Assembly: GCA_965153455.1 (NCBI GenBank)
Contig: OZ234493.1
Coordinates: forward strand, 9,290,213-9,354,212
DNA: 64,000 nucleotides
Reading direction: 5' to 3'
From: Sphagnum compactum
Lineage: Eukaryota
Part shown: in pieces, positions 54,629 through 64,000 of the stretch
Numbering within the stretch: the first letter of the stretch is position 1
Layout of the letters: the number at the start of each line of letters is the position of its first letter
Made by a program: the position numbers and the translations under genes
The notes under the pieces: generated by a model
The model's database searches: none
Told to the model about the DNA's origin: nothing
Seen by the model: the letters and a program-made list of their open reading frames with translations, nothing else

Positions 54629-56141
54629 AATTTTGGTTGAGAACAAGTGACACCCCATTGATGAATTGGCCAGGTTAAGTACCAACGGATAACTAACTAG
54701 TTGGGAAAATCCGTGTTAAGGCAAAAAGAACCAAAATGACCAAAAACACTCACACCCTGTTGGATTGTGGCATGCCGTTCACTTGTGCAAATTTGTGCTT
54801 TGGTTGGCCTTTGCTTCATCAACTAGCTCTAGCAATGTGATTTAATATTGTACCCTTTTTTTACAACAACTTGAACAAAACAAATTTGAAGCAAATTTTA
54901 TTTTTTAGTCCTTTATATGAACATCTCATTGTATGACTAACACTAAATTTGAGGTCACATGGGAGTAGTTCAAAATTTTGAGAAATTAAAGATATAGTCT
55001 ATATTTCAAATTATTTTGATCTTTATCATGCCACCATAGTCTGTCCTTGGCAGCTTTGACACTTATTATATTGTTTTCAGAAATGTTGAAAATTTCAAAA
55101 AATGGGTTCTTTCGAAGAACACAATCTCGTGAAGGAAAATGTTAAATATTCAGGAATATTCTATTTTCCAAGGTGAAAATTTCTAAATAAATGAATTATT
55201 CAATGGACATGTACTATGTTGAAGTTGTCAAAGGTACTATGGTAATATTCCAAGGCAATACTGAATTATATTACAATCATATGCCAAATGTATATGATGA
55301 TAAAGCTAATCACAAAACATGCATTAGTACTAGAATCAACAATGGTTGCACAAAGTCAACATGGAGCCATAGTGTTGATATTTAATATACAAGCGAGGTA
55401 GAAGGTAAAACAAGTTTTGAAAAGTTTCTATCCCAGTAATGAAAAATGTGTATTGGCATTGCACGTTATGAAGCTATGTTAGGGTTAAGGTAAGTGACCA
55501 ACATTTCATGTGTTTGTAGGGTAAGTGCAAGGGTGAATGTCTATTGCTTTACATATATGTCTTATGGATATTAGTTGTAAGGTAAATCATAAGATAATTG
55601 AGAATGTGTATAAGATGTGTTTGAACTACACTATGGCACATTGTCAATTAAGTAAACACCATTAGTTGTGCAACTAGCATTGCAAACATGACCACGGGAT
55701 AGGAAAACTTCGAGGGAGAGAAAAAATATACGGAAAAAACTCTTCATGAGCTTCAATACTCTTCATGAGCTTCAATGATAAATTCTAGACATTCATATAG
55801 TGGCAAATGGTACTAGGATGAGATTCCAAAAGTATAATGATATAATGCTCCTTGAGGTCATTAGTGCAAGGAATAGGAATAAAACACAAAAAAACAAACA
55901 AATGTTTACTAGTTACTCATCATACCTCAAAGCCTCAAAGAAACCAATCATAACCATTTGCATAAGAGGTGTATCCTTTTCTAACTTGCTTCAAAGCAAT
56001 TAATTACATTTTTGTGAAAAGGGTAAAATTAAATAAGAACCAGAAACGGAGGTTTCACAAACCCCAAACCCTAAACGCTCGCACCTATAGCAAGTATACT
56101 AGGGTGAAGGATTCACTTGCCCGACATTGATTGATTCAAAC

Positions 56142-56455
56142 CAGTGCTGACATTTATCAGAAACGAGAACAGACCCAAGTGAGGGGTTGTAGGGGGTTTC
56201 TTAGGATTCATAACCTTTGTTCTCAAAGGAATATAAACCAATTCTCATATATATACATATATATATAACCACAGTTGTCGTAAAATTTGAAAATCAAATA
56301 CCCGCACATAGAACTGCCTGTTATTACTGGTTCTTTCATGAAAACGGTCCATTCTTTAATGTTTTTTGAAATACCCATGACCGATGGTTCTCGCCTTCAC
56401 AAGTATTTTAAAAGCCTGGTGGTTCTTTATAAATTCCAATAATTGCACAACACTG
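56142..56455. mobile_element. Non-autonomous hAT-like element (314 bp)
   Basis: Ends CAGTG...CACTG; 8-bp flanks attcaaac / gttcaaac (7/8 TSD match). Internal ataacc/ggttct motifs are shared with ~28020-28820. Confidence 0.65.
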
Positions 56456-56639
56456 GTTCAAACTTCAAACCCAAAAAAAAAAAAACACACACACACACCT
56501 TCGAGTGCAAGTTCATGTTAGAACATGTAGATGTGACAACTAGGGCCTCCCTATAAATAATCCTCCGAGTTTCAATTGTACCAGGTATGAAGGGCTTAAC
56601 ACGGAGGAGGCTCTTTCATCAGTTCTTTTAGACAATCTT

Positions 56640-57015
56640 TGGATGATGTCAATGGCTTGGTTTTGGCCTGTATGTTTTTGGCATCGTGAAGGCTCAACAA
56701 AATGGTTTTGGCCCAGCATTTTCGCACATGAAGCTGAGACTGGTTGGCTCAACAAAATGGTTTTGGCCCAGCATTTTCGCACATGCTGCTGAGACTGGTA
56801 AAAGGCACAGCAAAGCCTAACACCTGTTGTTGATTTGGCTAGATAGGTTGATTGGTCTAGGTGGGCTACTATTACCTTGTAGTCTCCCATTTAACTATTT
56901 GCTTTCCCAGTTTTAGCCTAGTTTCATGGGTTAGGTTGGAGAAAAGTAAATAACTAAGCTTAGATGTGAGAGACATGTTTGAAGGGTCACATACTGAGCG
57001 CTGCTGGAGATACTA
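56640..57015 (-). mobile_element. Tourist-like MITE copy (inverted) with internal ~40-bp duplication
   Basis: Ends gggtcacatactgagcgctgctggagatac, the TIR of the 29170 element; ggctcaacaaaatggttttggcccagcattttcgcacatg occurs twice (~56691 and ~56746). Confidence 0.75.
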
Positions 57016-57781
57016 TAACATGTGAATACAGGAACAATTGTAGCCTCAAAATAAATATTTTGTGAAAACACAAGCTCATTCATTCACAAAAAAACTTGGT
57101 AAGTAAGACTTTTTTCATTGATTATTATTTTCTAAAGACTTTTATGTGGTCCTGTTTTGTTACTTTTCATGCAATCTAAGGGAGTTTGGCTTCTTCTGCA
57201 TTGAGCATTCATTATAAACGAGGTTTTTTCATTTGTCTTCCACAAGTTACCAACCCAAACCTCTCAATAATTCCCAAATAATTCCAAAGGACCAATTATT
57301 GAACCCAAGTGAATTTTTTGCCAAATGTAAGGGGAAATTAAGTCCCCCATTATTGCCTCTCATACTTCTCCACTCAGTGTCACACATCTCAGTTGTCTCT
57401 CTTTTTGCAAGTTTGTGATGTAGCCCAACTTGCAAGTGGGGATCATCCATCCATCCATAAGAAGTTTTATGCCTATAAAACAAAATATGAAAGTAAAATC
57501 ATTTCAGCATCCTTCTATAGTGTTGTTGGCTTAACCTACTGGAACCTGATGTAGAATCTGGGCAGTTGTTTGTAAAGAAAAATTGGGAAATTTTGGTGAT
57601 AAGAAACCCCAAAAAATTACTCTTTTTCTTCTTCTTTTTTTTTTCTTTTTTGAAAAAATTATTTACCAACTTGCAAAAATTCTCCAAAAAGAAAACACCT
57701 CGACCTTTCCAACATCATGGACATTAATCAGCCTTCACAACTATCGGTTGAACTATGAGAGGACCCATGTCAACTATGAAG

Positions 57782-58066
57782 TAGTGTTTCTTTTCTTTTT
57801 TTACAATTTTTTTGTGTTGTTGGTGAAGTGGTGATCATCCATAAGAATATTTAGCCAAATTTGGCAATATTCAAAATATGAAAGGGAGAAAAGATCTTAA
57901 GCAGCCTTTCACATTGTAGGCAATTGTGGCAAAATTTGATGAAAATTTAAATCATTTTTTTGCAAGAAAAAAAATTCTTCAAAATTATTATTTTTGGTGA
58001 CAAAATATGCCTTTTCCAAAATATTTTTCACAAAATGGTGAAAATTCACCATAAAAAAAATCACTG
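57782..58066. mobile_element. hAT-like MITE, family C
   Basis: Ends TAGTG...CACTG, flanks ctatgaag / gcatgaag (6/8 match). Core atttagccaaatttggcaatattc...tgtaggcaattgtgg is shared with 59864-60109. Confidence 0.65.
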
Positions 58067-58287
58067 GCATGAAGTATTATTTACCTTGGCAAGTATAGAT
58101 TTCCTGGTAGCTCAGGACAAGGTTGCAACATGTGACCAGTTCCATGTGCATTATGTCCACCCTTAACCCCCTGCCCAGACACATTTTGTGCAGCTCCATG
58201 TTATGCACATGTTTTGTGCCTGAATCAAAATTTCTTTACTGCCCATCTTCTGATCTTTTTCAAAGGCCCTATATATCAACTCCACAT

Positions 58288-58950
58288 GTACAAGTCCAAA
58301 CTCAATTTCATAATACGTAAAGCTTGAACTTCATCCAAATTACTGTTTATATTTCCAAGTCCAAAACTCAATTTCACAGTACGTAAAGCTTGAACTTCAT
58401 CCAAATTACATGTTTATATTTACAAGTCCAAACTCAATATCACAGTACGTAAAGCTTGAACTTCATCCAAATTACACTGTATACTTACAAGTCCAAACTC
58501 AATATCACAGTACGTAAAGCTTGAACTTCATCCAAATTACTGTTTATACTTACAAGTCCAAACTCAATATCACAGTACGTAAAGCTTGAACTTCATCCAA
58601 ATTACACTGTATACTTACAAGTCCAAACTCAATTTCACAGTACGTAAAGCTTGAACTTCATCCAAATTACTTGTTTATATTTACAAGTTCAAACTCAATT
58701 TCCACAGTATGTGAAGCTTGAACTTCATCCAAATTACTTGTTTATACTTACAAGTTCAAACTCAATTTCCACAGTATGTGAAGCTTGAACTTCATCCAAA
58801 TTACTTGTTTAATACTTACGAGTTCAAACTCAATTTCCACAGTATGTGAAGCTTGAACTTCATCCAAATTACTTGTTTAATACTTACAAGTTCAAACTCA
58901 GTTTCCACAGAATGTAAAGCTTGAACTTCATCCAAATTACTTGTTTATAT
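58288..58950. repeat. Minisatellite, 10 units of ~65-68 bp, each with an internal inverted repeat
   Basis: agcttgaacttcatccaaattac recurs at ~58321, 58387, 58453, 58518, 58583, 58648, 58715, 58782, 58850 and 58918; the intervening sequence is also conserved. Confidence 0.95.
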
Positions 58951-59464
58951 TTGCCAATATAATGCTGCCAGTGGACCTGCTGCTCTCATTAGGCCCTCAA
59001 AGTAGAGTCCATGTGGGTGGGTGCAGTCCTTTTTGACTGTAGTATCTACTACTCTACCATCTACTGATGAGGGTTTTATTATGTCTACAACAACAAACCT
59101 GTACTGGTCTGCAATTCTCTGAGAGTTAGTGTTTTTGAGGAATGAATTTTCTGACATTCTCCACTGCCACCCATTGCAGCAATTATTTGAAGGTAGCCTA
59201 ATAGGGAATCAATACAAGTTGGACATAGCAAGCAAGTAGTACTAGTAAGTAGGTGCTTGAGGCAGCCGCATTGCCAGCAGAAAACTGGTCAAGAATGGGT
59301 GGTATGGTATGCTATATGCAAGCTCAGCTATGATGAGTGTTGCAACCAGTCACAGCAGATCATTGCCAAAGTACCCATGTGCAAATCAACGTGAGTCAGT
59401 CAGTTTGGTTATTATGAGTTTGCCTCAAAAGCTTGAGTTTGTGATGGGGATTATGATAAACACC

Positions 59465-59800
59465 AGGGTGTGTGTCACGCTCTGCGGCCTTGCCATTTAC
59501 ATTAAACAGTATCTTAAAGCAAACGAAGAATTATAGAAACTCAAATGTTTTCACCATGCAAAAATATAATCTTCAAAAAATCTTCTAAAAGAAACCAAAA
59601 TCTTTCAAGATATTATAACTCTGTAATAACTAATCTCAAGTTTCAACACAAGCCACAATATCATCTTTCAAAAATCCTCATATAAAAATAGACCTATTGT
59701 TATTACCTAGTAGGGGCCTATAAAAATCCCTTAAGCTACTATACTCTATAATGAATCTAAACACAATATCCATTTTTGCCTTGGTAGGCAACGCCAACAA
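59465..59800 (+). repeat. Dispersed repeat family A copy
   Basis: Collinear with 54297-54628 and the reverse complement of 15758-15970. Confidence 0.85.
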
Positions 59801-59863
59801 ACGAGTTATGAGCACAAGAACATGCCAATACATACTCAGTTGTGTACACAAGATGGGTTACAG

Positions 59864-60109
59864 CAATTTTTTTCTTTTTTATGCTGCTGCTCACAAGTGG
59901 CAATGATCCATAAGTATATTTAGCCAAATTTGGCAATATTCACAACATGAAAGTAGAAAGTTTTTAAGTAACCCTTCATGTTGTAGGCAATTGTGGTGAG
60001 TTTTTTATTTTTAAAATTAAAAACACAAGGAACTTGTGACAGTATATTCTTTTTTCAAAATATTTTTAGCAACATGGTGAAAATTCACCAACATAAAAAA
60101 AATTCACTG
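59864..60109. mobile_element. hAT-like MITE, family C (246 bp) with perfect 8-bp TSD
   Basis: ggttacag at 59856-59863 and 60110-60117 flanks the element, whose 3' end is CACTG. Related decayed copies at ~1050-1220, ~15000-15180, ~27390-27640, ~29890-30030, ~41390-41640 and ~57400-57690. Confidence 0.75.
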
Positions 60110-62699
60110 GGTTACAGTTGAAAACCTGATGCCTCGGGTTTTTACCAATTACTCAATGCTAGAGAAGAACACCCTGTTTGTCTAGGGATTTTTACTAGAC
60201 CCAATGACTTGCTCTAGATATCGGAGTGATGAATGATCAAGAGAAGGAGAGAACTGGGGCTAATCTAATTTCAACAAGGCCCATAACATTACTTTTCTGA
60301 AGCGCTGGGGGAATCGCGGCAGTGAGTTCAAATTATCTCTCTACTTTGGAAGCCATTTCTAGAAGCTTTGGACAAAAGCTTTGGGAGGAGTTTGTGCTGG
60401 CCACTATGGAAACTTGAATCCATGAAGAATCCTTTGAAAAAGGGGTTGAATTGTGGATGTCTTAAAAAACACCTTATCTAAACTTTGGTTTTCTCTGCAT
60501 GCAGTTGAAAACTCTTGTAAGGAGAACAACAGATTGAAGTTGCTCATTACATTAGACTTGCGCTCCAAGAAATCTTGTTGGATGCCTCTCTAAACTGCAT
60601 ACATAATAGGCCTTCTCATTGGGTAATGGCTTTTGCCTTAAACCCTAAACCTTAACAGCCAGTTAAAAACAGTGTTGTCCAGTTCTTAATTTTGAAAGAA
60701 ACATTTTGTGGCTTCTTTTCCCCCTCCGTGATGCTGAAATTTTCATTTGATGTGATTTTGGATTTTGTGAAGTCAAAAAATTGCCCAAAAAAAAAAACCA
60801 ATGATGTTCTTCACACCCTCAACAAACCATGATGTTAAACAATGTTTACCACACCAAGTATAATCCATGTTTTTCGCATCCATGTTCAATAACTCTGTAG
60901 GCCAACCTTGATGTCACCTTGTATGATATCGGTAATAGTCCTTCACCCAATTGTAATGATATGTGGGGTCATTGTGAGAACATTGGAGCATTCTTACACC
61001 TACTCCTTAAGAGTAAGAGAGATCTTTCACAGCTTATAATCCTTAAGAATGGGAGGGATCTTGCGCTTATTAAGACCCCTTCCACTCTTAAGGAGTGGAT
61101 AACAATCTTGCAAAATTATCCTTAAGGAGTGAGTAATAATCTCGCAAAATGACACAAGCCTATTCCCTAAACCTTAGACAGCTCCCAAACAGTGTTTTTT
61201 CATTTTTTCATATCAAAATGTTGGTGAAATTTAACACAAAAATAGCAAAAATTAGTCAAATTTACACTAAAAGAAAAATCCAAAATAATTCCCAATTTGC
61301 ATGTCAAAAAAATAACGCAATATTTCCAAGGAAAAGAACCCCAAACAAACACCAAGAAGGTTTACATTATTATTACCATGATAGGGGGAAAATATATAAT
61401 AATAATAATAATAATAACCTATTCACAAGGTTGGAATTCTTTTCTTTTTTGGAAGGGAGAAAGAAGTTGCCTAAGTTATTTTTTTTTGCCTTTTTTTGGT
61501 GGGGGTGGGGGGGGGGGGGGGGGAGGCTAGATTTTTGTAAGTTCCCCAACCAACCCACCCACCCACCGACCCACCCCACACCCCCAAAGAAAGAAGGCCA
61601 AGAGGTCCACATAATATATACTATGATAGGCAGGCAACCACCCCAATAATATGCTTGTTGGATGAAAATGTGGACACAATAATGGAATGAAGCATTTGGG
61701 GACGAAGAAGAGGGAAATTCGTTCGTTCGTTCGTGCTTGCACGTTCGTCGTACACGGCACGTTCGTTGCTCCCTTAGCGCGCACGCTTGTCTCTCTCCCT
61801 TGTTTTCTCTCTCTTTCTCTCTCTCTCTCTTTTGCCTCTCTCCGTCCCCCCACGCTCTCTCTTCTCTCTCTCTCTCGCAGCAGCAGCAGCGCTGCTTTCC
61901 CGTTGCTCCTCTCTAGTGAAAGGTCCAATCATTTTGTGTTTCTAACTCTGGTACTTCACTTGGGTTTTGTGTTTCTCATTCTACAACGCTTCAAGTTCTT
62001 GCGGCTTGAAAATCACTTAGCTTCCAGCAAGCACCCACCCACCCACCCACCCAGCACACCAGTTTTGTTTCCAATTCTTCCCACTCAGAGTGTCTTAAAC
62101 TTGACTAACACAAGAATGCTGACCGCTTCTCCTCTAGAGTTCATGTCTCAGTAATTAATTTGTGCGCATTATTGTGGTGTTGTTGTTGCTGCTGCTGCTG
62201 CTTCATTTGAATGCCGTGTGCTTTGCTTTGCTTTTAGTAGATTGCCTCAACTCGTGGCATACTGCTACACTCGCGCACTCTCCAGTCTATCTTCCCTTTT
62301 TGTGGGTTTGTGTTGCGTGAATTGCGCGAGAGTCGAAATATGAACCGCGAGTTCAGCTCCGTTCGTGACGGATTCTGTTACGTAAATGTGTCGTCAGTGC
62401 CCTTCTACTGAAGCTTCTTGGGTGCTCTCTTCATGGCTGTAGTCTTGGTCGCATTGTCCTCTCCTCTCTAGATTGTCGATCAGCACCCACTCGGAAGCTT
62501 GATAAATTCCACACTCTTGTACAGCGACCCAAGAGAGAGTTTAGAGAGAGAGAGAGAGAGAGAGATTGCGGAAAGCATTTCTCTATTGGGTGACAGTTCT
62601 TTCGTCGCAGCTGGGAGTGCCATCAGTCGAGGAAGCTCGAGAGAGCCATACATAGAGAGAGAGAAGGGTGGGGGGTGTTGTTCTGGTGGGTGCTTCGCA

Positions 62700-64000
62700 A
62701 TGGACTCGGGTGCTCTCCTTTTGCCTGCTGGGCTAGTGGCATTCGACAACTCCCTCAAAAAGCAGCAGCAACAGCAGAAACCTTTGACAGTTGCCGCAGC
62801 TGATGCTGCAGGGAGCAGCTTTGCAGATATATTTCAGATTGACGACCTGCTGGATTTTTCCAATGAAGATATAGCTGGCCCAATAGGTGAGGCAGTCCAT
62901 CATACTACAGTTTTGAAACCCGAGACAATTGGAGGTTGCCTCACACCTTTTCTGGAGAATGGGACAGAGCTGCAACATCTCGCTCCTAAAGCACACAAGC
63001 TAGAAGGAGAAGAAGAAGAAGCAGGGATTGAAGCTGACCTTTGCCTCCCTGTAAGTCAAGAACCCCACACCCATCTCCACACACAAACACATGCCACATT
63101 CGCACTTCTCACATTTTAAATGTCCACTAAAGATGTTGTAGAAGGTGCAAGAGACTTTTATGTGTCTGAAGGCTTCGGAAGACCTTGCCAACAAGCATCT
63201 GCATACCAGACAGGCATTGATCACCCCCCATTCATACTCATAGCTGTCTCTCTTTATGCTGTATGTTTTGTGGCAGTATGATGACTTGGAGGAGCTGGAG
63301 TGGGCGTCCAGGTTTCTGGAGGATTCATTTCCTGTCACTGGTGATGATCAGTCACACAAGACATGGTCAGATGACAATGGTAGTGCAATTTCAATCGGGG
63401 AGAAGGAGACTGAGTTGTCAGCTCTATTCATGAAGCAGCAGCATCAGTACTATGAGAAGGCTGCCGCAAGTCCGGTGTCTGTGCTGGAGCACCAGGCCAG
63501 TGCAACATCGTCGGAGCTAACAGGTAGTGATCACAGCCTGGATTTCTGTGTGCCTGGCCGTGCTCGAAGCAAAAGGTCACGGAGTGAGGGAAAGAAATGG
63601 ACATCTGGTATTCTATCCTCCACTACAACATCATGTGGTACCAACAGAGTATCGGCATCCCCATCTCAATGGAGTGCAGGGGAAGAAGAAGACACTGTAG
63701 AGGAAGGGGAGGAGTGGCAATCCTGCAACTTCCAGAAAGCCAAACAAAGCAGGAAATCTTCATCTCAGCAGGATGGAGAAGTGCTGCGATGCACGCATTG
63801 CCAGACACAGAGGACACCACAGTGGAGAACAGGACCCATGGGACCCAAAACTCTGTGCAATGCTTGTGGGGTGCGCTACAAATCTGGAAGACTACTGCCA
63901 GAGTATAGACCTGCCTCCAGCCCTGCCTACATTCCCCACAAGCACTCCAATTCCCACAAGAAAATCCTCGAAATGCGACAGCAAAGGGAAATGATGGAGG
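62700..64000 (+). CDS. GATA transcription factor, plant class A / subfamily I (3' end outside window)
   Basis: Exon 62700-63050 ([13 protein letters not shown]...ADLCLP) spliced to 63277->64000 ([36 protein letters not shown], zinc finger [45 protein letters not shown]...[12 protein letters not shown]). Confidence 0.95.

Noticed and set aside
58288-58950. CRISPR-like ~66-bp periodicity with a constant ~23-bp core
   Set aside because: The would-be spacers are near-identical to each other, no cas genes are present and the context is eukaryotic; it is a minisatellite.

Overview
AT-rich, intron-containing land-plant nuclear DNA. It is most likely a bryophyte; a peat moss (Sphagnum-like) origin is my inference from gene content and repeat style, not a database result. 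Six protein-coding loci can be reconstructed by hand: (1) an intronless, N-terminally membrane-anchored MpaB/Lcp-like (DUF2236) oxygenase at 1314-2417; (2) a 3x RanBP2-type zinc-finger protein (minus strand); (3) a type-A monogalactosyldiacylglycerol synthase (minus, 8 exons); (4) a small Cys/His-rich membrane protein of the plant 'L18a-like' family (4 exons); (5) a UDP-D-apiose/UDP-D-xylose synthase (9 exons); (6) a class-A GATA transcription factor running off the right edge. Intergenic DNA holds decayed hAT and PIF/Harbinger transposase remnants, Tourist-like and hAT-like MITEs with visible TIRs and TSDs, a Helitron-like element, three tandem arrays (~128 bp x3, ~340 bp x3, ~66 bp x10), fold-back hairpins and degenerate telomere-like repeats. 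I found no CRISPR array, rRNA or tRNA, and no clear novel multi-gene system. The best leads are the MpaB-like oxygenase (candidate horizontal acquisition) and the ~66-bp array whose units each fold into a stem-loop.
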